Counted from the stretch's first letter, positions 1 to 12,800 are shown. The stretch: 64,000 nucleotides of DNA from Octopus sinensis (GCF_006345805.1 NC_042999.1:39804001-39868000), one strand, 5' to 3'. Made by a program: numbers and translations. The notes: generated by a model not told the origin, from the letters alone.

Positions 1-7
1 CTGGTTG

Positions 8-76
<69 letters not shown>

Positions 77-250
77 AACAACAACAACAAATGCTACAAA
101 TACTAATATTGCTGATAATACTTCCGCTGCTAATGGTGCTGCAGCTGCTACTGGTACTACAACTACTACTACTACTAAATCTACTACAGCTACTACAAAT
201 ACTACTACAACTTCTACAAACACTAATACTGCTACTGGCGGTGATGCTGT
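8..250. repeat. (ACT/CTA)n trinucleotide microsatellite, degenerating into CAC/CAA/GCT variants
   Basis: Direct reading; explains the Leu/Gln-rich ORF 91..465. Confidence 0.95.
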
Positions 251-1034
251 TGCTATTTTCATTGCTGATGCTGGTAATACGACACACATTCTACACACAT
301 TCTACATCTAATAGAGTCGTTCAATTTGTGGGGTGCAGAAAGACCTTTTTGATGTCATCACATCGAAGTACGTCAAAGTTGACACCAGGGTTTTTCAATA
401 AGAAAAAAAAAAAACAGAGGAATTGTAGACGAAGAAGATTTTGTATTGGTGAATTCAGAATTTAGGTGCGAATTACCACGAATAATGCTTAACACTAATG
501 CATTTACGACAGAATAACTTATATCTTATATGATTTGCTAATGAATTTCTGTTTGTGTTAATTGGCACTTTGATTAGTTACTTAACACGTTCCTATAAGG
601 TAGCGGCAGATGATGACAGATATTAATGTTAGAAACCAATAATGTGACTGCCTATAATAAATTAATATTCTTTCCCAATTATATCTCTTATCTTATATTA
701 GTTACGCACACACCAACGCTTGGAAGCCCTGAGACAATTTATTCTCTCTTCTCCTCCCCTCTCTCCCTCTCTCGCTCTCTCTCTATATATATATACATAC
801 ATATTATATATGTGCGTATATGTGTATGTGTGTATTTTGCGTGTGTGTGAGTGTATACATAAATCTATATGTATGAATGTATGCACATTTGGCTGTATGC
901 ATATGTGCATATTGGTATGTTTTGTCTTCTGTATGTTTTCTCATGTTTATATGTATGTATGGCTGTATATACATATATGTGTGTTTGCATGGCTCTATGC
1001 CTATACATATATACATAAACATATGTACATACAC

Positions 1035-1043
1035 GATATATAT

Positions 1044-1111
<68 letters not shown>

Positions 1112-1126
1112 GATATATGTATATAT
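1035..1126. repeat. (TA)n microsatellite (one of dozens in the window)
   Basis: Direct reading. Other long (TA)n tracts include ~1362-1520, 2535-2590, 13155-13265, 19860-19930, 24985-25080, 55580-55665, 59357-59392, 59485-59620 and 61520-61570. Confidence 0.95.
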
Positions 1127-1357
1127 ATTGGTAAAAACGGTAAGATAACAAAAGAAAGAACGAGACCTCAATATTATGTAAATAGAGGAAATTTATCTGT
1201 AAATTAATATGTTACAATTATTCAATAGCCAAGATAAAACCATCTCTTCGGTTATTTGGCCAGATAACCAAAGAGATGTTGTTGTGGATTTCCACTTCGG
1301 CATCCGAAACTCAGAGTTTTCTCTTGGCTATTGAATAATAATGGTAACATATTAATT
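1127..1357 (-). mobile_element. Short PLE-derived fold-back element in (TA)n, same family as 57361-58420
   Basis: 1127-1238 closely matches 57361-57473. The right part (1262-1357) is the reverse complement of the left arm, which carries an internal deletion. (TA)n on both sides. Confidence 0.75.
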
Positions 1358-1362
1358 GGCAG

Positions 1363-1512
<150 letters not shown>

Positions 1513-1851
1513 TATGTATGTATGTGTGTATACGTATGGCAAGAAATTATGTTTTCTCATTTTATGGAAACAAAAGTGTTTATAGGACTGCAAAAAGAAG
1601 TACTCAAAAGTAATTGAGACAGAGATAAAAAGACATTGATCATAGAACAAACATCAAATTCCAGTCAACGACTTTATATATAACACCATACCTCCAAACA
1701 TTTGATCATATACAAACATTACCATGGCTCTCAAATATATAACTTATATATATATATATATATATGTAGGTCCCGGGTTGATTCGGGGTTAACCACAGTA
1801 AATAAGGTACTCAATACATAGCAGAGTAAAATTAATTTATTATATAGAAGG

Positions 1852-1902
1852 AGCTTCTACAGGACTAGAACTGTTTCATTCAAGAGAAATCTTCAGGAAG
1901 CT
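1852..1902 (-). ncRNA. Type I hammerhead ribozyme motif (mirror copy of 2467-2517)
   Basis: Exact reverse complement of 2467-2517. Confidence 0.75.
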
Positions 1903-2466
1903 AGTTAACAAGAATTGTATTGGCATTTATACATTTAGGCAGGTTTAACGGGGTGTTGGTGGGGGACTTTTTTGGGGGTAGGCATAGCACAAAATATCAT
2001 ACTTGGGGGAGTGGTCAAGGAGTCAGTGTTAAATTAGATAGAAGAATAAATAAAAAAATATAAAAAAATAAAAAATAAAAAAATAAAAAAATAAAATAAA
2101 AAAAATAAATAAAATAAAAAAACCTATATATAAAAAAAAACAAAAAAAAACAGAAAAACCTATATATATAGGTATAAGTGAGAATCTCCTTATTTACCTA
2201 AAACTCTATCCCCCCTTTTTTTATATATAGGTTTTTCTGTTTTTTTTTGTTTTTTTTATATATAGGTTTTTTTATTTTATTTTTATTTATTTATTTATTT
2301 TTTTTTTATATTTTTTTATTTATTCTTCTATCTAATTTAAAACTGACTCCTTGACCACTCCCCCAAGTATGATATTTTGTGCTATGCCTACCCCCAAAAA
2401 AGTCCCCCACCAACACCCCGTTAAACCTGCCTAAATGTATAAATGCCAATACAATTCTTGTTAACT

Positions 2467-2517
2467 AGCTTCCTGAAGATTTCTCTTGAATGAAACAGTT
2501 CTAGTCCTGTAGAAGCT
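2467..2517 (+). ncRNA. Type I hammerhead ribozyme motif (monomeric fold possible)
   Basis: agcttc-CTGAAGA-tttctcttgaat-GAAA-cag-ttctagtc-ctg-TA-gaagct: helix I 6 bp, helix III 3 bp plus A-U, GUA triplet. Helix II is weak (U-U closing pair, then ttc/gaa). Confidence 0.75.
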
Positions 2518-2528
2518 CCTTCTATATA

Positions 2529-2589
<61 letters not shown>

Positions 2590-3020
2590 GTGTGTGTGTG
2601 TGGTGTGTGTGTGTGTGTTTTCCTTATATATGCATACTTTATATTGTGTTTTTAATATTTTATTTAGTCTTTTATATTTGTTTTATTTTAAAAAAATATT
2701 TGTATATGATTACATTATAATTGTTGAGATACATGGTAATATTTATATATGATCAAATGTTTGGAGGTATGGTGTTATATATAAAGTTGTTGACTCGAAT
2801 TTGATGGTTGAAGGGTCATAAACCGGTCTGCATTATCCGATTCTAGGTTGTCCATTTATCAGACGTTCTTCCTCGAGGTAAGACAAATCTTTTTCATGTT
2901 TGTTGCACACACGCGTCTTTGCTAGTATATACGCAGTGAAGCTATGCAATAGCGTCGTATTTATTACGATTGCTATTTTCCAGTAAATAATGGTGCCTTG
3001 TTGTACCATTTATCTACTTT

Positions 3021-3385
<365 letters not shown>

Positions 3386-3653
3386 TGTGTGTCTGTGTGG
3401 GTATGTGCGTGAGCGGGGGCCTGTGCGTGTGTGCGTCTGGAATAGCATGTGTGTGTGTGCATATTTGTGTGTACGTGTTTTCTATGTGTGTGTATGTGTG
3501 GTGTGTGTAGGATTGTATGTGGGTTTGTGCTTGTGTATGGAATATATGTGCGTTCCTGTGCGTGGTGCAAGTGTGTGTATGAGCGTGTGTGTATGAGCGT
3601 GTGTGTATGCGTGTGTGCGCCTGAACGCGCGTGTGTGAGCGTTTATGTGTATT

Positions 3654-3689
<36 letters not shown>

Positions 3690-3697
<8 letters not shown>

Positions 3698-3905
3698 CAA
3701 AATGTAATCGCATGTGAATCGTTGGGGATTTTTTCCTCCGTCTTTCTTTTCTCTTGGATTTTTCCCTGCTTCCTGTTTCTGAAGAAGAGTCAGCTCGAAA
3801 CGTAAAATCACCTTTCTTTCCTTCCCTGAGCGTCTGCCAATATTTTGTATGTACCACGTCCTCGAGTTGTTGTTTTCTTCTTGAGTTTTTTTGGATTTAC
3901 TATGT
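3690..3905 (+). mobile_element. PLE pLTR-type repeat, family A
   Basis: Diverged homologue of 3118-3385 in the opposite orientation. Confidence 0.7.
3775..3808 (+). ncRNA. Minimal type I HHR
   Basis: gttt-CTGAAGA-a-gag-tcag-ctc-GAAA-cgt-a-aaat; GUA triplet. Confidence 0.65.
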
Positions 3906-4290
3906 GTGTGTGTGTGTATCAGTTTATGTGTGTGTGTGTGTCTTTGTGTGTGTATGTATATGTATACATGTATGTACATATATATGTATATATATATACA
4001 TATACGAATGGGGGATGAAAAGTTTCTGGCTTTAAGGATGTCGCGAAAGGCGTGGTTGTGGGCCCACACTTTCGAGTTAGTAGTGAACCCTAGAAGAGAA
4101 TATGTTGAAAATGAACATAATTAACTGGTGTTCCTCTATTTTCTTTTTACCCAAAGTGAAGACCTTTCAGCAAACCCTTAAATATGTATATACATGATAT
4201 ATCTACATATTATGTAGATGTGTATATGTGTATATATCTAACTATCTATGTGACTCCCTGTCACTATCTCTCTCTGTCTCTCTCTATCTC

Positions 4291-4364
<74 letters not shown>

Positions 4365-4369
4365 ACAAA

Positions 4370-5940
4370 TGAAAGACAGCAGATGGAATATACGAGAATT
4401 TATTATTAAACATGACAATTGTTTCGACACGTTTAGCATCAACTTCCCTTGGGCGGTCCACTCAACATCTGGTTCAGGAGTATCCGGCGGTGCGGATGTA
4501 TCTCGTCGGGTGATAAATAAATACAACTCGTTAAAATAACTGTTCTGGAATGTAGCTTCCAGTTTTGTATAAAGAAAAGCAACAAGATAGAGGAAATATC
4601 TTCATTTATATAGAAGATCAAAATAAAATCACAGATGGTAAAAAGAGAAACAAACAGGAAATACAGCGAGAATTTTTTTTTAATAACCGTTAACAGAAAT
4701 GGATGTATAAGCACCCTCGGACAAGCTTCATGTCGCGAGTACACTCGCTCATACGATCATCTGCAAATATGTGAGCATACGCACGCGTGAGATTTGGTGC
4801 ACTCATGATCACAAAGGGAATTAGTTATTTACCTAGTTTTCATAAGAATGGGGAGGTTAAAATTAAACTGAAATCATCGATATCTTAAAATACCATGCGC
4901 TAAAGTACATTTATATGCGTAGGCATCTCGAGAGTCATTCAGACATTATATTATCTTCTCCCTGGTCCACAGAATAGAGAGGGATTCCTTGGAGCAGAGA
5001 CAGCATGTGCTAGAAATTATATAAAGGTTTTTGCATACCTTACTATGGAGCAGTTAATGCTTTACTTCGTTTTATCCTCCTTCAGTCGCCATACAAAATC
5101 TGCCAAAGATGTTGAATATATCTTATTGATTGTCTTAAAGCTCGCAACATGGTTACGATAACGATTCTTAAATGTATCAGTCGTCTGCCCAATGTAAACA
5201 TAGGGCCCTGTCCTTGTGTGCACGGTACATTTATATACAAGATTTGTACTCATACAGAGACGCATCAAAGGGCATTTTGATTAATCTCTCCATGAGTATT
5301 TCTCGTATTTATTTATATATTAGGCAGTCCTTGCTCAATTACCCGGCGTCATTACTGTGCTAGCTGCACCACGAGTATTTCTACTACTACAATTTGATCG
5401 TAGTTGGTGTTTATCAATGCGATTCACATTTCCTTGGTTGGTAAATATATGCAAATGTTCGCTAGATCAAGTAGGTGGGATATTGAACGCTTGCCGAATT
5501 TTGCTATTGTTTATGCGATACATAAGTTGCTCTAAGTTGCCGATTAGATTTAGGAAAACACTTGTCCAAAGCAGCAAAAACCTTTCCACCGATCTTGGTT
5601 GAAATATGCAAACCAAAAATTGGGTTGAACCAGAAGATATCCTGATTCCTATATCTGTTGTTAGGCTCATTTAATCCAGTGTGTTGTACAGGACTGGAAC
5701 AAGCAACTGAATTTATATGTAGCATTATTTCTTTATCCGAGTGAGTTTTCAAACGGTAACGTGTTGGAGTGTGATGTGCATCGTAGTTGTAGGAATTACC
5801 AGTGTTGCTTCTGCCTGTTTCTTGTATATATCGAACTTTTTCACGGTACCCAGCCCTGGCTGCAGCATCATTATAATAAGTTGTATGAAATTCGAAAATT
5901 TTATTGTTAGTAGATAATCTATAAACATACCCCACCCCAA
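4370..5940 (-). mobile_element. Degenerate PLE 3' half: RT thumb/linker plus C-terminal GIY-YIG endonuclease
   Basis: Minus-strand peptides DIFWFNPIFGLHISTKIGGKVFAALDKCFP, CPLMRLCMSTNLVYKC...YVYIGQTTDTFKNRYRNHVASF...STSLADFVWRLKE and, after a stop and frameshift, TCCLCSKE. The 3' end carries a GAAA-caattg-TC HHR half at ~4420-4432. Confidence 0.85.
5062..5268 (-). pseudogene. GIY-YIG endonuclease fragment (PLE), interrupted by a stop
   Basis: VY...YIG motif, R and H of KNRYRNH. The homology continues past the stop in other frames. Confidence 0.85.
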
Positions 5941-5950
5941 TATATATATA

Positions 5951-6371
5951 GGCGCAGGAGTGGCTGTGTGGAAAGTAGCTTGCTTACCAACCACATGGTT
6001 CCAGGTTCAGTTCCACTGCGTGGTATCTTGGGCAAATGTTTTCTACTATAGCCTCGGGCCGACCAAAGCCTTGTGAGTGGATTTGGTAAACGAAAACTGA
6101 AAGAAGCCCGTCGTATATATGTATATATATCTATGTGTGTGTATATCTTTGTGTGTCTGTGTTTGTCCCCTCCAACATCGCTTGACAAGCGATGCTGGTG
6201 TGTTTACGTCCCCGCAACTTAGCGGTTCGGAAAGAGAGACCGATAGAATAAGTACTGGGCTCAGAAAGAATAAGTCATGGAGTCGATTTGCTCGACTAAA
6301 AGAGATGCTCCAGCATGGCCGCAATCAAATGACTGAAACAAGTAAAAGAGTAAAAGAGAAAGAGTAAAGAG
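5951..6371 (+). mobile_element. Full-length tRNA-derived SINE, type A (ggcgcaggagtggctgtgtgg...)
   Basis: Pol III A/B-box-like head, central cttgggcaa box, internal TA/TG tract and (agagtaaa) tail. Matches the reverse complement of 37263-37677. Confidence 0.9.
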
Positions 6372-6373
6372 TA

Positions 6374-6427
<54 letters not shown>

Positions 6428-6574
6428 AAAAGCAATAAAGATTCAAGTTAATTTAAATGAATTTACTTGAATATGGTACCTAACTTAGATGCACCAAAAA
6501 AAACTATACTGTTTTAACAATACAGTAATGCGGGGTGATTATAAGCGGGAAAGAAGCAACAAGAATGAATAGGT

Positions 6575-6665
6575 TTTTAGTACAATCGTTTCATACAAGG
6601 ACAGGCTTTATTAAAAGTTGTAAAAATTACAGCATATAAACGTGTCCCGTACTCATCAGCTAAAA
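6575..6665 (-). ncRNA. Type I HHR (mirror copy of 7820-7910)
   Basis: Reverse complement of 7820-7910. Confidence 0.85.
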
Positions 6666-7819
6666 TACATGTGAGTTCTCTAGACATCCTAGTGGTTGAG
6701 GCTATACTCATGAAGTAATGTAGATAATTAAGTAACATAAACAGATTTCCAAAGTTCATTACAGTTCTTTAAAGATGATGTACAGTCTTATCACAGAATT
6801 TTAAAAAAGTTTTAATAGCATCACAGAGAAGGTGACCTAATCCATAGAGCACATATGAATTTCCAGAGATATGATGAGGGATTACATACTCACAGAAGAC
6901 AAATTTATCCATTGTTAATCACAACGAGGTGGGTCTCAATTCCTGCTTATTAGCATTACAGAGAGGGTGAATTAATCCTTTGTATAGATGCACATTCTCC
7001 AATGGTGTAGATGTAAATTTCCAGAGAAATGAAGAGGAATTTCATATTCACAGGCGATAAATTTATCAATGGTTGAACACAATGAGGTAGGTATCAATTC
7101 TTGTTATATGATTAGGTATTTGCCACATTAATCACATTACTGCTATTTACAAGAGGCTGTAGCTATTTAACTTTTAAAGGCTGAAGGGCTTTCTAGAGAG
7201 GCAAAGAATAGAAAAGGGACGGGAATAGAAGAAAAGAGACAAAATAAAGGAGGAGGGAGCAAAAAAGGGGGGGAAGGGGACTAAAAGAGAAGAGAAAAGG
7301 AAAAAGAGAATAAGAAGAAGAAAAAGAAAAAAGAGAAAAGAGAAAGAAATAGGGAAAGAAGGGAAAAAAAAGAAAAAGAAAAAAAAGAGGGTTCTAGTTA
7401 TACAGAAAAATTAGTAGACGGCAAGTCTGGTTTTAATTTACAGGCATCTAGGAACTAGAGGAGAATATTATTCTTTGACCAGTAAAACAGCTAATTTATT
7501 GGTGTTGAAATCAGCTATGAATTTAAAGAGAATCTAAAGAGATAACACAGTCAGGGGTTTAGGGGTCAGATGCTAAAATAAAAAAAAAACACATTAGGAA
7601 AATCTAAGTATAATCTTATCAAAAAGTCATTAAAATTTACTTATTTAATTTATTCATTTTATTGTCTTAAGGAGTTGCCGTTATTATTCATACATTGACG
7701 GACTACAGGTCAAATCTTAGAAGATCATTTACAAGGTGTTAGGGGATTGTTACTTAATTATCTACATTACTTCATGAGTATAGCCTCAACCACTAGGATG
7801 TCTAGAGAACTCACATGTA

Positions 7820-7910
7820 TTTTAGCTGATGAGTACGGGACACGTTTATATGCTGTAATTTTTACAACTTTTAATAAAGCCTGTCCTTGTATGAAACGAT
7901 TGTACTAAAA
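7820..7910 (+). ncRNA. Type I HHR with long helix II
   Basis: ttttag-CTGATGA-gtacgggaca...tgtccttgtat-GAAA-cgattg-TA-ctaaaa: perfect 6-bp helix I, canonical core, GUA triplet, quasi-palindromic helix III. Confidence 0.85.
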
Positions 7911-8537
7911 ACCTATCCATTCTTGTTGCTTCTTTCCCGCGTATATATATATATATATATATATATATGACTATTTTGAAAGTTGACATCAACAGCATAT
8001 ACACACGGATATACAATAACACACATATGCACACACAAATATGATTATATGCATAAGTCTGTATGTAACCTCTAAAGATCACGTATCTGCACTATTATTT
8101 ATTGTCTTTCGTGTATGTTACTTGACCATTATATCTGCATCTCCATCATTTCAGTATTGATTTCATACAGTCTTTTATTGTTTCGTATAACAATTGCTGA
8201 TTATTCGTCGCTATTATTCATCGTTAGAATATCAGTCTCATGTTGATATCATCAGAGGTAGTTATAGAAAAGCGTGATACGTATAATTTATACGATTCCT
8301 GTTTTTCTTACCATAGTATGCCATAATCAACATTACATTACTATTATGATTTGTGATTTTTTTCTTCTTCCTTCAAGGTGTTTTCTGAGTAAGTTGTTGT
8401 ATTGTTTTGAATTTTGGTGCAAAATTCATGAATGTATTTTCTGTCAAGGATCGTAATAACTACTTAACTATGTTAGTTCAGAGGGTGTGTGCGTCTGTAT
8501 ACATATACATACATACATATATATATATACATGTATG

Positions 8538-8568
<31 letters not shown>

Positions 8569-8570
8569 TA

Positions 8571-8911
8571 GTGAATTGAAGAAATGGAGCTGAACGCAGA
8601 TTGAACAGAAATCGTTTTATTTCATTCTACACGTGTTTCGAAAGGCACAATTTACCAAAATCCGATTTTGGTAAATTGTGCCTTTCGAAACACGTGTAGA
8701 ATGAAATAAAACGATTTCTGTTCAATCTGCGTTCAGCTCCATTTCTTCAATTCACCAATAATATTTTAATTTCAATTATCCGCACCAACGCACGGTTGCA
8801 ACACCATATGGTTGTACCTCCAACCGTGCTGTTTACTGCTGTAATTTTTGCTACCAAGGTATCGGTTAAACGTTTGATTAATCTACTACAAGATTATTCA
8901 TCTTTCTATTT

Positions 8912-8915
<4 letters not shown>
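8571..8915 (+). mobile_element. Fold-back PLE mini-insertion: perfect 91-bp arms (8571-8661 / 8665-8755), 3-nt loop, unique right tail
   Basis: Arms checked base by base as reverse complements. The right arm contains GAAA-cacgtg-TA (3' half of an HHR). (TA)n on both flanks. Confidence 0.8.
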
Positions 8916-8971
<56 letters not shown>

Positions 8972-9399
8972 CATACCATTCGTTTATATATTATCTCTGG
9001 CAAACACACGTCTTTAATATAGGAAATATGATTCTCAAAGATGATTAAGTTTGTGTGGGTAGTTAAAATATTGATTGCAAATACTAATGTCTTTCATTAG
9101 TCGGCCAGCGTATCTAGAAGTGTTAAGTAACCAGTCTAAGTGCCAATTAACACAAGAAGAATTTCATTAGCATATAATGTAAGATGTAGTTAACTATTAT
9201 ATTCATTAGAATACGACACAGATTGTGATAATTCGCTTCTGAATTATTTTTTTGAATTTAGCATATAGAGACCATTTTCAACACAGTAATATATTCATTA
9301 ATTAATAGTTCTTTACTCTGCAGTCTTTATTGTTGTGGTTGGAATATTGACTTGAAATCTGTTACAAGGCAAGCAATTTTGTGAAAGGTGGTAAGCCAT

Positions 9400-9559
9400 T
9401 GATATCAACTTCACTGTTATACTGGTACTTATTTTATGGAACTCAAATGACGAATGGCAATGGTCGCAGTCGTCGAAATTTGAATTCAGAGTGTAAAGAC
9501 GGACGAAACACCGATAAGCATTTTTCCCAGTGTGCTAACGATTCTGCCAACACGCCACC
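9400..9559 (-). mobile_element. tRNA-derived SINE type B (ggcggcgagctggcagaa... family), partial
   Basis: Reverse complement matches the heads at 9595, 33635 and 60530. Confidence 0.8.
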
Positions 9560-9594
9560 TTATGCTATGTGTGCAATATTAATTAAGTCATTAA

Positions 9595-9730
9595 GGTGGC
9601 GAGCTGAGAGAATTGTTAGCAGGCCGAGCAAAATGCTTAGCGGTATTTTTTTTGTCTTTACATTCTGAGTTCAAATTTTGCCATTCGGTGTCGATGAAAT
9701 ATTTGCTACTTGATTTAATCGACTTCCTCA
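9595..9730 (+). mobile_element. tRNA-derived SINE type B, internally deleted
   Basis: ggtggcgagctgagagaattgttagc...aaatgcttagcggtatt...ttctgagttcaaatt. Confidence 0.8.
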
Positions 9731-9759
9731 TCGCACGAAACTGCTGGTCTTGAGCTAAA

Positions 9760-12700
9760 ATTTGAAAAGAATATTAAATCCTGGCTATGACATTAAACTG
9801 CATCTGGAGGTTAGGACCCATTGCGTGAGTTCTGTATTTGAGTCAGGTGTGGAATCCCTACTTAATTACAATTACTCCCAGATCCGATCTGAATCGGAAG
9901 TGTAGTATCTGTTAGGGTCACATCTAAGGATTGATTTTTGTAAGATTAAATTTAGCTACTTAGCTGCAGGGAAAACGATCTTTTGAGGGAAGGAAAATTC
10001 CAAAATTAATACTGTCTTCCACCATGCGCTAAGCTAGCGCTCTGATGAAACTGACATGAGGTATGTCGAACAACGTTGATTCAGATCTCAGGGTTTCTTC
10101 TCCAGAACTTCAACGGGTGATCAGGCGGGCACATCACCAGTTGAGTACTTGACGTGACAGATACGACTAGGAGCTAACTAGGGCAACCTCGATCTAAAGT
10201 GCAACAGGCCATCTGAGAAATAACAAAACATGAAAAGATATTCAACTTTCGCATTTCTAAATCAAGAACAATAAATACTGTAGAAAATTTGCTTTATGAA
10301 GTCAAAGAAATAAATTGGAATATGATTGTTTCTCTGAAACGAAGGTGAAAGTATAAGAAATTGAGATACAGGAGAATACTGGTCACAAACTCTGATTATC
10401 AAAGAATGAAACTACTGGATCAAATGTTGGTTTTCTTGTTAATACATGATAACCACTTATTTATAGCTATGGATCAATTTCGGACAATTAGCATTTGTAA
10501 AACTAAAAGGAAAATACTCAAAGATTGTCTTCATGCAATTCTACTTTCCTAATTCAACGCACTCTGAAGAAGATGTTTCCGAACTTTATGGCGGTATTCT
10601 AGCGATATTTCATGGTACTCCCTTAGAAATCAGTTTCTCATAATGAGCGAACTCGACAGCAAACTTTGCAAGCTATATAGCACGTATCCTTCTGTAGTAG
10701 GCAAGCATACAGTTGGCAATGAAAGTTCACGAGATGAAGGATTTGTACATTTCTACATCGGAAATCCCATTTAAACAAACACAGTGTTTCAAAAAAAAAA
10801 ATCAATCCTTCATAAGCGATACTTACTGGATAGAAATACACAAAACGGAATTGACTTTATATTAACAAGATAGCCATTAGTCCTCAACCGACTTCTTAAT
10901 CAAAGTTCCAGACATTTCACATGGTTAGCACAAAAATCAGAATAAGCTTCTCCTGGATAAAGACTACTTATCCACAATATTATCTAAAACAATCAAACAA
11001 CCCTGACATTTCACAACACTTCCAAATTGAACGAGGAAATCATTTATCCTTCCTGGAAAATATCACAGATACAGAAATATTGTTGAAAAATTGCATGAAA
11101 GGAACGTTGGAATCTGTGTCAAAAACCTATCCAACCTCAATCAAAACCAACCTATATGGATGTCTAATGAAACAAAGGATGCAATCAAAAACAAACACAA
11201 ACTACAGAAGGAAAAAGGACTAAAATCTGCTCGTAGATAATTTCAAAAGCAGAATCCAAAACTTAAGAATAAAAATGCCTGAAAAATGCAGGATAATACT
11301 TTAAAAACTCACTTGTCTTTCTCTTTACAAACAATTCCTTGTTTGACCCAAATCAAAACATAACATATATGCTGGGGAGTCATAAACCGAAATGGTAATC
11401 TTCTGAACTTGTAAAGAAGAAATACTTGAAAGGTGAAATTCTTGCAATACTGAAAAATGAAGTTGACTCTGCCATAAATGTCATGAGATAGCGGAAAAGC
11501 CCTGGCCTTGGTAACAGCTGTCTTGAGAACATTTACTATGAATACCTGAAAGCTGGAGCAAGCCCCGCGAAAGGTCTTTTATGCCTCTTCAGTCAAATGC
11601 TAACCATAGGCATTTTAAAAAGTAACTACAGTAGTTCTTTGCAAAAAGAACAATAAGATTCATTGTGGTAATTATCGCCAAATAAGTTTGTTAAACAATA
11701 TATGCAAGGATTTCATTACTGCCATAGCAATACGAATAAAAGTTTACTAATATGCATCTTTCCCACTCCTTATTCAATGTTTTAACGAACTAGGCAGATA
11801 AAACATAGAACAGAAATTTGCTCTTGAAAAAATAATTGATAAATATATAGAATTAATCAGAGCAGTTTATAAAAGCGTCAAAGACTTCATCAAACCTGTT
11901 GATAGTGTTAAGCTTCTATGTCTATGAAAATTTCTTGAAAGCACCGAAATCAGCAAAATATACAAAATATTACTGAGGCACGATATTGCAAAAGTCTTCA
12001 TCAAGTCCGATATTGGTACCACCAGATCTTTCAATATCTTAAAATGTGTGAAGCAAGGAGAGGTATTATCAGCTTATTTTCTTTTGTATTGTAATCGCCA
12101 CAATATTTACTAAAGCTGAAGATGAATGCTCATTTGGATTCCCAATCGACGGACACACCCACTCTAATATCAGTTACGCCGGTGTTATTCCTACAAAGAA
12201 ATAGAATCAGGACAAGAGTATATCATTTGCCGATTCTCATAGTAAATATGCCTGCAGAAGCCGGGCTTTTTATTAGCGTATATAAAAGAGAATATGCGAC
12301 AACATATAATTTTAATCCGGACATAATCCTTACAATATATGGCAAATCAGTAAAGCAAACATCTGAATTCACCTACGTCGGGCAAATAAAATCTCTTCAA
12401 AAACGATGAAATGACAGCTGCGGACCATAAAATTCGACCTACATAGTTGGGCAACCCTGGGATATGAATAACATTGATCTTAATTCAAAAGGAATCCGAT
12501 ACTACATAAAATCAAGTGTCTACAAAAGCTATGTTCTTCCAGTGGTTTTATATGGGCGAGAATGTGCCAGCTGGACTTCTGTCGCACTGCAGAAACTGGA
12601 CGTCTTTCAGAATCATGGCATACTAACACGAACGCATGAACCATGTCATGACTGAAAATCTAAGGAAATTAACCAAATTACCACCAGTCGTCTCAGTCAT

Positions 12701-12800
12701 CAAATATTAACTACTCAAACCGTTTGGCCATACTAAGAGAATGGTTTGTGACGTCCGCAAGATATGTTTGGAATGCATGATTAATTGAAAGAGATGGAAA
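9760..12800 (+). mobile_element. Heavily degenerate RTE-clade LINE (5' region, APE endonuclease, RT)
   Basis: Frameshifted peptides SETKVK...NVGFL (APE), EVDSAINVMR*RKSPG, YRQISLLN, CVKQGEVLSAYF, EFTYVGQ and KSSVYKSYVLPVVLYGREC..W...KLDVFQ. Confidence 0.8.

Larger units (their letters stand above)
1766..2534 (-). mobile_element. PLE-derived fold-back element: ~310-335 bp inverted arms (1835-2170 / 2222-2534) plus a unique left tail
   Basis: The arms read as near-exact reverse complements apart from an indel in the A/T tract. Each carries an HHR. (TA)n on both flanks. Confidence 0.8.
6425..7941 (-). mobile_element. Non-autonomous PLE derivative with inverted pLTRs (6545-6735 / 7749-7940)
   Basis: ~190-bp arms are nearly identical reverse complements, each with an HHR. 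The left arm has an extra tail to 6425. Interior has a ~130-bp tandem duplication and a purine tract. (TA)n flanks. Confidence 0.85.

Noticed and set aside
91-465. 124-aa Leu/Gln-rich ORF resembling a membrane or signal peptide
   Set aside because: It derives from the (CTA/ACT)n repeat.
10045-10090. CTGATGA...gacat/atgtc...GAAC-aacgttg near the RTE 5' region
   Set aside because: GAAA and the UH site are missing and helix I does not pair.
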